Shown here one piece after another: positions 18,295 through 28,352 of a DNA stretch of 64,000 nt (position 1 is the first letter of the stretch; every line of letters starts with the position of its first letter). Source of the stretch: a virus. The translations under genes and the position numbers were made by a program. The DNA lies in IMG/VR virus record IMGVR_UViG_3300021178_000001, positions 1 to 64,000 of that record; one strand, written 5' to 3'. Under the pieces are notes generated by a model, which was not told the origin of the DNA, did not search any database, and was given only the letters and a program-made list of their open reading frames with translations.

Positions 18295-20151
18295 ATGGCC
18301 ATCGTAAAATCTTTCAACGGCAGAAGCATCAGAAAACCGGGCGCTTACTCTAAGTTCAGCGTAGACAACTCGGCTGGGTCTGACCTCGCCGCGAACGACG
18401 TTTTGTTTCTCGTGGGCGAGTCCGCCAACGGAGCTCCGGGATCTTCCGACGGCATTCAGTCCTTCGACGCCGCCAACTTGAGCGCGTTGATCGCCAAGTA
18501 CGGCACGGGTCCTCTAGTGGACTGCGCCGTCGCCTCGGTTCGTCCCTCGAAGTCTCCCGGAGTCGGCGGAGCTGGAAAAATTCTGGTGTTCAAGACCAAC
18601 GCCTCGGTGCAAGCTTCCGCGACTTTGCTCCAGAGCAGCAACCCTTACGCGAGCGTCTCGGGCAGCGCTTGGGGCAAGTCAGACAACTTTTACTCGGTGG
18701 TAGTTTCCGCCGGCGACTCCGCGAGTCAGAAAAACATCTCGGTCACGCAGCTCGGTGGAACGGTTGAGTCTCTCGGCGAGAACCTCGCTCAGAACGTGAT
18801 CAGCGTCCAGTACACCGGCAACGGTTCGGCCGCTACTTTGACGATCTCTGGGTTGACTCGCGCGGCTCTCACACTGACGACGGCTCTCACGGGTCAGTCC
18901 GACGGTTCCTTGAACTTGAGCGTTCCGCTCGCCAACAAGACGATCAAGCAACTCGTGGACTACGTCAACGCTCAACCGGGGTACGTAGCTTCCGTCGTGA
19001 CGGCTTCGCTGTCTTCGGGTCCAGCCAACCAGCTCGACCCCGTTTCGGCGGTAAACATCTTGGTCCTGAAAAACTTGCTCCAGCTCCAGCACGAGATCAT
19101 CACGCTCATCAACACTTCCGCCCGCGTTCAAGCCGTCGAACCTTCTCAACCCTTGGGATCAGTTCCGGACAACCAGACGAAAGCTTTGTCGGGTGGAGCT
19201 CAAGGCGCTTCGGCCAACTCTGACTTCTCGACCGCCTTCGCCAACTCCCTCGGCGAAGACTACAACGTGCTGTTGCCCTGCGTGTCTCGCGACGCTTCGG
19301 AAGACATCGCCGACGCTGTTTTAGGTTTCACTGACCCCTCTTCGAGCTACACCATCGCGGCCGTCATCGCGGCGGCTTCCTCTCACTTGACTCTTCGCGG
19401 CAACGTTCAGAACCGCAAAGAAGCTCAAGGAATGGGTGGAATCCGCAAGTCCACCAAGGCCGCAGCTTACGCCGCGATCAACAACGTGGCCGACTACAAC
19501 TTTCAGGTGGCCATGCAAGACGTCGTCTTCACTGACGCAGTCGGAGACATCGAAGTCGGTCACCCGCACGTCTTCGCCGCCATGTGCGCTGGAATTCGTC
19601 TCGGCACCGACGTCGGAACTCCGCTCACCCACAAGTTCTTGAACGTGCTCCAAGTGGGTCACTTCTTGAACCCAGCGACACTGCTTCCGACGGGAGACTT
19701 CAACCCCGGAGTGGACTACAACGACGCGATAACGAACGGCGTGCTCTTCTCCGAGAAGTTCGGTAACGGCAACCGCATCGTGGTGGACAACACGACTTAC
19801 GGCATCGACGGCTCCTTCGTGTTCAATCGTGGGTCAGTGATCGAAGCGAGCTACTTCGTGTTCAAGACTCTGCGAGACACTGCGGACTCGGTGTTCGTGG
19901 GCAACAAGACTTCCAAGGGTCTCGCCAAGTCGATCAAGAGCGCGATCCGCAACAAGTGTCGTGAACTCGCCGTTCCGGAAGTGAACATCATCACTCCGAG
20001 CGACGCGAACCCAGACGGAATCGTTGAGAAAACGTTCGTTGTCACGGTCGTAGGTAACACCGCGAGCGTGCAGCTAGAGTTCCAGCCTGTTCAAGGACTT
20101 GATTTCATCCTGTTGTCGTTCACCCTCGGCGACATCCAACAAACGGCTTAA
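18295..20151 (+). CDS. Contractile tail sheath protein
   Basis: N-terminal FNGRSIRKPGAYS, LVGES..G.P, LSGG..G, PLTHK and C-terminal PVQGLDFIL; 618 aa. Confidence 0.9.
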   Translation: MAIVKSFNGRSIRKPGAYSKFSVDNSAGSDLAANDVLFLVGESANGAPGSSDGIQSFDAANLSALIAKYGTGPLVDCAVASVRPSKSPGVGGAGKILVFKTNASVQASATLLQSSNPYASVSGSAWGKSDNFYSVVVSAGDSASQKNISVTQLGGTVESLGENLAQNVISVQYTGNGSAATLTISGLTRAALTLTTALTGQSDGSLNLSVPLANKTIKQLVDYVNAQPGYVASVVTASLSSGPANQLDPVSAVNILVLKNLLQLQHEIITLINTSARVQAVEPSQPLGSVPDNQTKALSGGAQGASANSDFSTAFANSLGEDYNVLLPCVSRDASEDIADAVLGFTDPSSSYTIAAVIAAASSHLTLRGNVQNRKEAQGMGGIRKSTKAAAYAAINNVADYNFQVAMQDVVFTDAVGDIEVGHPHVFAAMCAGIRLGTDVGTPLTHKFLNVLQVGHFLNPATLLPTGDFNPGVDYNDAITNGVLFSEKFGNGNRIVVDNTTYGIDGSFVFNRGSVIEASYFVFKTLRDTADSVFVGNKTSKGLAKSIKSAIRNKCRELAVPEVNIITPSDANPDGIVEKTFVVTVVGNTASVQLEFQPVQGLDFILLSFTLGDIQQTA

Positions 20152-20155
20152 GTCA

Positions 20156-21118
20156 TTATTTAGGCAGTTTGTTTCCTTTCTTTTGATTGTCGATGGCCCA
20201 CAACGGCTGCATGTTAGAAAAATGTACAGCCTTTTTTCGCTGCTCTAAGTCGGTGAGATCAAACTTCGAAATGGGCCATATGTGGTCCAAGTGCCAACCG
20301 TTAGCCCCGTAATTGTCCCAAGTCATTCCCGGTTGAAACTTAGATTCTATGTATTTTCTAAACTCCTGAATTGAACAACCCAGCAGTTCGACGACTTTTG
20401 CACCGCTCTTGTTCTTAACCATCGCTCTAGACATCGAGGTCCTAAGTCTGAGGGAAAGTCTATAATTCTCGTCAGACTCGCACCTCAACTTAGAGTGTTC
20501 GATGAAGCATTCGATGCACCAAGTTTTCACCCCTAGTTTATGCGAATTTGAAAATTCTGTCAAAGACTTGTCGACCTTACACCTAGAGCATACTTTTCGC
20601 TGCGTCTCAGCTATGCCGTCACGCAGTTTCTTAAACTTTTCTATTTTTGCCGAGTTGCTCTTTTCTCTCACTCCCGGAATATCTAGTATCGAAGTCGTGC
20701 CGTAGTTCTTAAACAGAGTCTCTTGAGCTTTGGCTCTGCACTCGGGAGTTCTAGCCGCCGAAATACCTTTCTCGTGGTTTTCTCTCAAACTCAAGACCGA
20801 TTCGACTCCGTACCTCTCTAAGTTCGTTTCCCTGATCTTCTCCTTCACTGCTTCCACTTGAAACGGGTTCAATCCGCCGTACTTCTCTTTGCAAGCTTTT
20901 CTGGCATCCACGATTTGAGCCGCATTTCTACACGTCGAGCACTCATATCTTCCCAGTTTCTTGATTTTGGTCTTGACGTGACCTACGCGCACGCAGTCTG
21001 TCCCCTTGCACTTCGGGCAATCGAACACGGCTTTGTCGGCGACTCTGTAAGAGTCTCGGTGGCCCTTGAAGTCTTCGGTCAAATACGTGTACCAGTCTAG
21101 GTCTAGTTCGTTGCTCAT
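20156..21118 (-). CDS. Free-standing HNH homing endonuclease
   Basis: Probable start MSNELD at 21118 (AGGAG RBS); CxxC pairs, KYG repeats, LGCSI...MTWDNYG..WHLDH..P...N.QP+...N.KKGN. Confidence 0.85.
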   Translation of the reverse strand: MSNELDLDWYTYLTEDFKGHRDSYRVADKAVFDCPKCKGTDCVRVGHVKTKIKKLGRYECSTCRNAAQIVDARKACKEKYGGLNPFQVEAVKEKIRETNLERYGVESVLSLRENHEKGISAARTPECRAKAQETLFKNYGTTSILDIPGVREKSNSAKIEKFKKLRDGIAETQRKVCSRCKVDKSLTEFSNSHKLGVKTWCIECFIEHSKLRCESDENYRLSLRLRTSMSRAMVKNKSGAKVVELLGCSIQEFRKYIESKFQPGMTWDNYGANGWHLDHIWPISKFDLTDLEQRKKAVHFSNMQPLWAIDNQKKGNKLPK

Positions 21119-21193
21119 GTCTACTCCTTGTATAGGTTTAATCGTACCAGATCTCAGAAGAAAAGGGAACTTAACTAGATAAAATGTGAGGGT

Positions 21194-21691
21194 ATGAAGA
21201 AAGTGATTTGGGGTGAAGGCAAGTACAGTTCGCAGGTTTCCGGTAACTACCGGTCGTACGGCGATTTTGCGGCCAAACACGACGCTCGGAGAGACGAGCA
21301 GCAAAAAGCCACGAGCTATTTGATCAAGGCGATGCCCGCGATGCTCAAAGCCCTCGAGATGCGAATCTCGAGCGGCCAACCGCTGTACGTGATGAGGCCG
21401 CTGAGGTACACGACTTCTTTGTTGAAGTCTCAGCTGGAAGACGATCTAGACAAGTCTTTCTACAACACGGACAAAAGTGGAGCCGGAGACAAGTTCGTGG
21501 ACGTAGTCAAGACCATCAATCCAGGAACTCAACTGGTGTTGAAGGGTTTGGACCCGAACTTGAAGGAGTTCATCTTCAACGACGGCGAGGGGAAAGAGCA
21601 CCCGATCTCGTACGACGACCGCAACGCTCTGATGACTCAGACCGATATTTTTGAGATGGTTAGCAAATTGTTCGAAGGTAAAGGAGAATAG
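21194..21691 (+). CDS. Hypothetical virion-module protein
   Basis: ORF abutting the tube gene; contains LIKA, MLKA, LLKS and LDKS. Confidence 0.6.
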   Translation: MKKVIWGEGKYSSQVSGNYRSYGDFAAKHDARRDEQQKATSYLIKAMPAMLKALEMRISSGQPLYVMRPLRYTTSLLKSQLEDDLDKSFYNTDKSGAGDKFVDVVKTINPGTQLVLKGLDPNLKEFIFNDGEGKEHPISYDDRNALMTQTDIFEMVSKLFEGKGE

Positions 21692-21693
21692 GT

Positions 21694-22101
21694 ATGTCTA
21701 AAGTCTTGTCGGGGTCGAAGGCGGCTCTAAAAATCAACGGTGTAAAGATAGGTTTCGTGGGATCTGTGACCATCAACGAGGACAACACGTTGACGGACAT
21801 CGACATCATCGACCAACTGGAAGTGGGCGAGCTCGCGGAGACAGCCCACAAGGTGTCCTTCAGCTGTAACTTGTTCAAAATAGACGGCAACTCGGTGTCT
21901 CAGCTCGGAATCAGACCGGATGCAATCAGAGACATCTTGACTCAGCCTGAGCTCACGATGGAGCTCTACAACTCAGTCGAAGATAGGGTTGAGTATACAA
22001 TTTCAGGGGTTAAGTGGCAGGGCGGGAGTGGCACCCTGGATGCACGGGGTGTCTGGCAAGGTTCATGGAATTTTAAAGGAAGAATTGGCACTGGAATGTA
22101 A
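21694..22101 (+). CDS. Tail tube protein
   Basis: 135 aa, beta-rich (LKINGVKIGF...VSFSC...YTISGVK...WNFKG), after the sheath and followed by a terminator. Confidence 0.8.
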   Translation: MSKVLSGSKAALKINGVKIGFVGSVTINEDNTLTDIDIIDQLEVGELAETAHKVSFSCNLFKIDGNSVSQLGIRPDAIRDILTQPELTMELYNSVEDRVEYTISGVKWQGGSGTLDARGVWQGSWNFKGRIGTGM

Positions 22102-22120
22102 TTACATTTCAAGTACTTAT

Positions 22121-22159
22121 AAAAGAGATCAGCAAGAGTTTGCTGATCTCTTTTTATTT
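22121..22159. terminator. Perfect 15-bp hairpin, probably a bidirectional terminator
   Basis: AAAAGAGATCAGCAA-gagt-TTGCTGATCTCTTTT. Confidence 0.85.
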
Positions 22160-22173
22160 GGTACAATGGGAGT

Positions 22174-23301
22174 ATGGAAAAGCTATGTAAGTCTTGTCTT
22201 TTGTTAAAAGATGAGTCGAAATTTCATAAAAGAAAGTCTTCACCCGACGGTTTAGCTCCAACTTGTAAAGAGTGTAGAAGTGCTGGTGAAGCTAAGTTTA
22301 GACTTAACAACGCAACTCGACTTCCAGAACTAAGAAAAGAATCTTATCGTAGAAACCGTAAAACTATATTAGCTCAAAAGAAAGAATACCACTCACTCAA
22401 CAAAGAAGCTATAAACACAAAGTCTAAGATTTGGGCTCAAGAAAATCGTGAGGAAAGCAACGCGAGACGCCGCGAAGATTATTCTAAGAATCCAGAGAAA
22501 TACAAAAAGAAGGTTAAGTCGTACGTCGACAGAAATAAAGAAAAGGTCACGAAGTATCGCACGAAATATTCGTGTGAAAGAAATCGTACGGACATTGAAT
22601 TTAAGCTTACTAGAAGTTTGCGATCTAGGATGCATCACGCCGTAGTCGGGAACCAAAAGGTTGGTTCCGCCGTCGACGACTTAGGATGCTCCATCGAAGA
22701 CTTTAAGACTTACATCAGCAAGCAGTTCAAGCCTGAAATGACTTGGGATAACTATGGTCCCGTGTGGCACCTAGACCACAAGAGGCCTTTGACTAAGTTT
22801 GCTCTCGAAGATCGCTTGCAGTTCTTAGAAGCCGCCCACTTCACTAACTACCAACCCATGTTTAAGTCCAACAACGTAAAGAAAGGCAACCGCCTCCCCA
22901 AAGTCTACTTTGTTTTTGGCTTGTTCGGCTCCGGCAAGACTACCTTAGTTAATTCCCTCAAGGATCGATTTCACGTCTTCTCGTACGACCAGTTCAGGTC
23001 ACACCCGATGGACGAGTTGACCAACCCTCCGGACTTCGACGTTCCTTCGTTGTACGAGACCCCGATGCTCGTGGGATCGTTCCTGAAGCGGTCCCGGGAG
23101 TTATTAGACGTGACCCCGATCTATCTCCGGGAACCCCTCGAAGTCATTCTGCAAAGGATCGAAGCTAGAAAGGGTGAAGTCGACGCCGAGCGGTTGGTCA
23201 AGCGAGCTCGGAGATTCGAGTCTTTGGCGCGGAAGTACGGCGCCTTCGTCGGGAACTACGCGGAAGTGGAAGAGTTCTTGAAGTCTAACCAAAAGAAATA
23301 A
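22174..23301 (+). CDS. HNH endonuclease fused to a C-terminal P-loop kinase-like domain
   Basis: CKSC...CKEC and MTWDNYG..WHLDH, then VYFVFGLFGSGKTT. Confidence 0.8.
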   Translation: MEKLCKSCLLLKDESKFHKRKSSPDGLAPTCKECRSAGEAKFRLNNATRLPELRKESYRRNRKTILAQKKEYHSLNKEAINTKSKIWAQENREESNARRREDYSKNPEKYKKKVKSYVDRNKEKVTKYRTKYSCERNRTDIEFKLTRSLRSRMHHAVVGNQKVGSAVDDLGCSIEDFKTYISKQFKPEMTWDNYGPVWHLDHKRPLTKFALEDRLQFLEAAHFTNYQPMFKSNNVKKGNRLPKVYFVFGLFGSGKTTLVNSLKDRFHVFSYDQFRSHPMDELTNPPDFDVPSLYETPMLVGSFLKRSRELLDVTPIYLREPLEVILQRIEARKGEVDAERLVKRARRFESLARKYGAFVGNYAEVEEFLKSNQKK

Positions 23302-26300
23302 ACTTTCGCTTCGTTACAGCAACCATCAGTGAGTCCCAGGGCCACTGCAGAATGATCCCTTCGACCAAGTGGTTGTTTAGGTCCAATATGACGTAGCGAA
23401 AGAATAAAAAATTCAAGTTGATTGCGACTGTCATTACAGATACTTTCATTTATTCTTCACTTTGACTCTTCTTTACTTCTGCATCCACCAATTCTTGTAA
23501 AATCTGTGTTCGCCCGTGCATGATGCCGGCATTGAAGTACATCTGATTTATGTCCTTTTCGGTCCAGTTCGGTGGCAAGATCTTACTCTTGTGGTGGTAG
23601 TCAAAGAACGCTTCTTCGTCAGTCTTTTTCATATTGATCCCTCATTTTTGGTCTCTGATAGAAACGTCCATGACGTAACCGTTCAAGCGCTTAGCTCTTC
23701 TGTAGGCCTTAACTCTATTATGATAAGCGCCGCCGCCGCGGAAAGAGAACCCCCTCTACTGCGTGGTCTACCACTACTACAAATAGCACAGTTTTCTTTT
23801 TCTTAATAATATTTTTCATTTCAACAGCCCAACCGCGTTTTGTAAACGGGACCTATATACAATGTCAGTTTCTAGTTGAAAATCTCCCACTTCGGAATCC
23901 AAAGATTTCTCCTTAGAACTGACGAAACTTGATTTTCTCTTGAACGCTTCGGTCTGACAATAATTATTTAGAGTCTGACCAATAAAATCCAGTTGATCTC
24001 CGTAAGCGCAGTCAATGATGTAAGATAAAAACATACTATGCCGCTCCGTTCGAAACCATCATGTATAAAACTCCTAAAGTCACTGCCGCGATTATCATCG
24101 TGACGTACGTTTCAGTCTCCACGGTTAGTCTCGCTTCCATCTGTCTATGCTGCGGTCCACCATGTCGAATAGCCCTTGCTCTCCGTGGATCAACCTAATC
24201 AGGTGGTACGTTACGAAGTCTAGACTGAGAGTTAAGGTTCCCGACCTTCCGTCGGCCATCTTGACGACTAACCTAGCTACGTAGAATAAACCCTCGCGCT
24301 TGTAAGGATTCATTTGTTCCATCCCTCGGTGTATTCCTTCTCAGTCATGGGTATGAAAACAAAACAGTGATTCTCGCATAGTTCCCGAGCGTTCTTCTCC
24401 AGTAAGTTGTTGACCATCCTGAATCTAAGAAGCAACCTTTTGTCCTCGAACTTCTCCGAGATCACCCACAGCTTGAGCACTTCGCCGTCGTCCAAAGACT
24501 CTACTCCGACGTAGCTCGGTTCTAACTCTTTCAGAGCTTTCTCAACGACGCGCTGAGTCTTGCCTTTTCTCATCATTTGATCATCCCTCGGTAAGTCGCC
24601 AAGGCGACGGGGTAAATACAAAGCAACGTGACTCCCATCCATGGGGCAACTCCCGGCGCGATCCAGAAGTTTAGAACGTTGGCTAAGATGCACGCTATCA
24701 CTAAGTGTTTCACTCACTTCCCCTTTATGCAAAAAGCGCGGGTTGGCGGACCTATATAACCCTGAAGCATCAGCTTCGTGTCGTCGAACACGTTCATCTT
24801 GACTTTGCAGGACGACTCCGACGCTACGGGAATCAACTGAGAGGTCATTCCTCCGGCTCCGGACACAAACACTAGCAGTAAGTACCAAGTCATCTTCGAT
24901 TCTCCTTCTCGTAAGTCTCGTAGTCAGAGTCCACGTCGGCGTATTCCATCGGAACCGTCTCGTTGTCGCACTCCGGACACAGCAAGTCGTCGGCTTGATG
25001 TACGCAGGTCTCACAAAACTTGCACCACTGGTCACTGACCACTTGTATACCTCTGAGATGGGCTAACGATCCAATGTACACCATCTGTAGATGTGTGCAT
25101 AATGCCATCTTTAGTCAAAGCAATCCAATCTATCGGGCTTCTTTCATAAAGAACTGTCCAATCGTTCTGAGATTCTTTTAAAACTACGTTTTTTTGTTCG
25201 TTATTTTTCTCAGTAACGACGTCGCACCAGTCGCTGTGTCTGTTAGATCCAACGCTGGAATTTCCGCACGTGCACTTCGCCATATTAACTCACCAAAGCT
25301 TCTAGCTCGTCGATCAGGCGCTTCGCTTCCGCCATGTCGTCTTCGAGCTGTTTGAGTCCGTCTTCGAAGCGCTTTCGAGCTTCGATAGCTGTAAGCTTCT
25401 CGCGGGGACCTTGGGGCACTGTAAAACCGCAGTTGTTGTTCGTCGCGCTCATGTTAGACTCCTTGATTATGCAGCCAAAGTTTTCCACTCTATTAATTGT
25501 TCTTGAAACTGCTCTCCGAAGAGCAGTTTCACCTGCGACCCAAGCATGACGGCGTGGCTGTACTGGGTCTTTCTGACTTTGCACCAGTCACGCTCTATTT
25601 CGTTCAACTTCATGTTCTTCTTGACTATGTTGCCGTGCTTGTCGTAAGTGCGGGCGGTCTCAACGTCTGTTTGGCCAGTTGCTTTTACTAGCTCCAATAG
25701 AGCAAACCCAACGAATTTCATAATTAGTTCCTCCGTACTTCTATATTCTCACGCTCGCGAACAAAAGCAAAGTTAAAACACATAGAACTCGCATTTAAGT
25801 GGCTCCTTTCGGAGTCACTCACTCAGGCTTGTTTCTTCAACTCTCGGTACTTGAACCTAGTTGACTGGGGATCGTTGGTGATCTCGCCCAACAGAGTCTC
25901 GCTGTTCGAGATCAGTCGCTTGACTTGATTCTGACGGCGCTCGTCGGTTGAGTGAAATCTGGCTTCTTTTCTTAAGGCTCTAGCTTTCTTGAGGTTCATA
26001 CTAACTCCTGTTGTTTTTCTTGACTTCTGTTATTACCGAATCTATCCGTCTTAAAATCTCTTTTTGGTTCGAGACGACGAAGCTGTGGGACTTTGCGATC
26101 ACATCCGCGGTCTGTTGCTGACGATCCATCAAGACGTTGTTGTTCCAAAGAACTACGACCATCAACATGAAAGTCAGTGGATCGAACGCCAACAAATGGA
26201 ATCGCATTCCAGCCACGACTAGCACTAGTAGTATCAAAGCTATTCCCCACTTCATGACTTAGCTCCTTGTTCTATCCACTTGCGAATCAGGTCTCGTTCT

Positions 26301-26805
26301 TTGTCGTCGATCTCGTTGCCTAAAGGCGGCATATTCTTGAACAAAATAACTCGCATCTTTATTTCAGCGGAATGCTCTTTTGCTATCGCGTAGTTAGTCC
26401 AATCGGTGGCGCCTACGTGACATTTAGAACACCTGGCACCGAATATGGGGCGCACCGCCGCGAACCCAACGTCGTCTGTGACCGAGTTATCTAACGCTCT
26501 TTCGTCGAAGTAGCAGTTGATGGCCCATGTCAGAAAGAGCAGTCCGAGCCCAGACACCAGCGCGACCGACTCTCTCACGCGACCTTCGCGTCGCGCACGG
26601 TGTACATGAAGTGACCGAAGACTCCGAACTCGGCGTAGTCGTCGTCCAAACGGTTGAGCTCCAACACGGCCACTTCAACTTGGTCGAACTTCAAACCCAA
26701 CCTCGTGCACTCTCTCACGATTGAAGTAAGAGATCCCTCGTACGCCGGACCGTTGTTCACGTGGATCTGGTACCTGCCGTTCTTTAAATCTCTAAGTCTG
26801 TACAT
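23285..26805 (-). CDS. Second cassette of small minus-strand hypothetical genes, several membrane-bound or Cys-rich
   Basis: Chain of coupled short ORFs, e.g. 23450-23632, 24125-24322, 24890-25035, 25032-25283, 25467-25721, 26001-26255, 26575-26805. Confidence 0.6.
24310..24576 (-). CDS. BolA-like protein
   Basis: ALKELEP..V.VE...LWVISEKFEDKRLLLRFRMVNNLL matches the BolA core (VVS..F.G...+.RHR.V...L). True start is probably ATG 24576. Confidence 0.65.
   Translation of the reverse strand: MMRKGKTQRVVEKALKELEPSYVGVESLDDGEVLKLWVISEKFEDKRLLLRFRMVNNLLEKNARELCENHCFVFIPMTEKEYTEGWNK
26252..26578 (-). CDS. Membrane-anchored monoheme c-type cytochrome
   Basis: N-terminal hydrophobic anchor, CSKCH heme motif, distal MPP and C-terminal LIRKWIEQGA helix. 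Confidence 0.75.
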   Translation of the reverse strand: MRESVALVSGLGLLFLTWAINCYFDERALDNSVTDDVGFAAVRPIFGARCSKCHVGATDWTNYAIAKEHSAEIKMRVILFKNMPPLGNEIDDKERDLIRKWIEQGAKS

Positions 26806-26836
26806 GTTATTTCCTCCGAGACTTTGTTACGTAGTC

Positions 26837-27793
26837 TTACTTTATCAAGCTAACTTTGGATCGCAAAGTCATTTTTTTAGCCGCTAGTAAAGCTCGATAA
26901 GCGTTGACTTTTCCACCGCTCGAAACTTTTCCCTTCAAGCTTGGCTTGCGGTCTACTGACTCCGATATGACTCTAATGACTTCTTTCGGCATTAGTCCCG
27001 GATACTTGGACAAGATCATGGCCGCGATTCCAGCGACGAATGGAGCGGCTTGACTGGTGCCGGAAAAGTATCCGTAACCGCCTCCCGGAACGGTCGAGTA
27101 TATGTTCTCGCCCGGAGCCGCAACTCGAACGCGCTCGACGCCCCAATCCGACATCGACCAAAGTTGCCCAGTTATCGTCGTTGCAGCAACCGACAAAATA
27201 TTGGGCAAGTCGTAAGAAGCGGGATAGTAAGTAAACGTGTCCAAACTCCAACTCTCGTTGCCGGCCGACGTCACGAACAAGATGCTCTTCTCGTTTGTTT
27301 CTTTCACGGCCTCGAGTTCGTCGGGCGAGAACTCAGACCCTCCTCCCGAGTAGTTTATGATCTCGGCGCCGCGACTTATACAATAGCGTATAGAACGCAC
27401 GAGGTTTGATAGATTCTCGGATCCGGAGTTAGCGTCCTTGAAGTACTTGACTGGAATCAAGCAAGCCGTGGGAGAGACCGCCCGGATGATTCCCGCGACG
27501 TGGGTGCCGTGGCCGTTGACGTCGATCGGGTTCTTTCTATCGGCGACGAAGTCCCAGCCGTACTCGCCCGTGTTCGGACAAATTCGATCTTTGAGGTCTG
27601 GGTGGGTCACGTCTATCCCAGTGTCTACGACGCACACCTTGACTACTCTACCGCCTCGGGCTAGTTTCCAAGCTCTCGGAGCGTCTACGTGAGAGCTCCA
27701 CTGAGCGTTGTACAAACCCCAGTTTTTAGTCAGCGGACCCGCCAAAGCTGTACTGTTAATAATCATTAACATTATTAAGATCTCGGTTCTCAT
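26837..27793 (-). CDS. Secreted subtilisin-like (S8) serine protease
   Basis: VVDTG, HGTHVAG and GTSQAAPFVAG catalytic motifs; signal peptide. Confidence 0.93.
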   Translation of the reverse strand: MRTEILIMLMIINSTALAGPLTKNWGLYNAQWSSHVDAPRAWKLARGGRVVKVCVVDTGIDVTHPDLKDRICPNTGEYGWDFVADRKNPIDVNGHGTHVAGIIRAVSPTACLIPVKYFKDANSGSENLSNLVRSIRYCISRGAEIINYSGGGSEFSPDELEAVKETNEKSILFVTSAGNESWSLDTFTYYPASYDLPNILSVAATTITGQLWSMSDWGVERVRVAAPGENIYSTVPGGGYGYFSGTSQAAPFVAGIAAMILSKYPGLMPKEVIRVISESVDRKPSLKGKVSSGGKVNAYRALLAAKKMTLRSKVSLIK

Positions 27794-27809
27794 CTTCCAC
27801 CTCGACTTA

Positions 27810-27837
27810 ACTATACCACTCGACGTCGCGGTTGCAA
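27810..27837 (-). promoter_or_regulatory. Sigma70-type promoter for the subtilase/cytochrome cassette
   Basis: TTGCAA-N16-TATAGT with extended -10 TGG. Confidence 0.6.
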
Positions 27838-27911
27838 ACCTAATGTTTCGCTCAACTGTATACTTGATATAATTGATGGTAAGAAGATAGGGCTACATTT
27901 AGGAGTAAAAG

Positions 27912-28352
27912 ATGAGCAAACTCAGCAACATTGGGAAAGACATCCCTGCGACTGAATCTGACTTCGTGGTGGAAGTCGAGGGCGAAGTGACCAAGAGACG
28001 TTTTATAGGAGATTTCAGCTGCAAGATTCCTCGCAAGAAAGAACAGTGCCTAATCGACAAGCACCGAGCTTTCTTGAACGGTCCTCAACCCGAGCAACTC
28101 TCTCCCGAGACTCTTCGGTTCCACCACATGATCTCGTACTTGAGGTACACGCTGGACGACAAAGGGTGTCCGAAGTGGTGGAAGGAGTCGGATCTGGGAT
28201 ACGAGCTGTACGACGAGAACGTAGTGAAGAGCGTCTACGACAAAGTTTTAGAGTTTGAAGTCGAGTGGTTGAAGGCCGTTTGGGGTGAAGAAGCCGTGAA
28301 CAAGTTGCAGACGGGTAAAGAAAATGACGAAGCCAAAGAAAAAGGAACCTGA
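27912..28352 (+). CDS. Tail assembly chaperone
   Basis: First of two overlapping small genes immediately before the tape measure; GATATAAT box and AGGAG RBS upstream. Confidence 0.65.
   Translation: MSKLSNIGKDIPATESDFVVEVEGEVTKRRFIGDFSCKIPRKKEQCLIDKHRAFLNGPQPEQLSPETLRFHHMISYLRYTLDDKGCPKWWKESDLGYELYDENVVKSVYDKVLEFEVEWLKAVWGEEAVNKLQTGKENDEAKEKGT

Noticed and set aside
24310-25035. Single 241-aa protein as given in the ORF track
   Set aside because: The upstream part overlaps several short coupled ORFs in other frames. Only the last 88 aa (BolA-like) have their own RBS and ATG.
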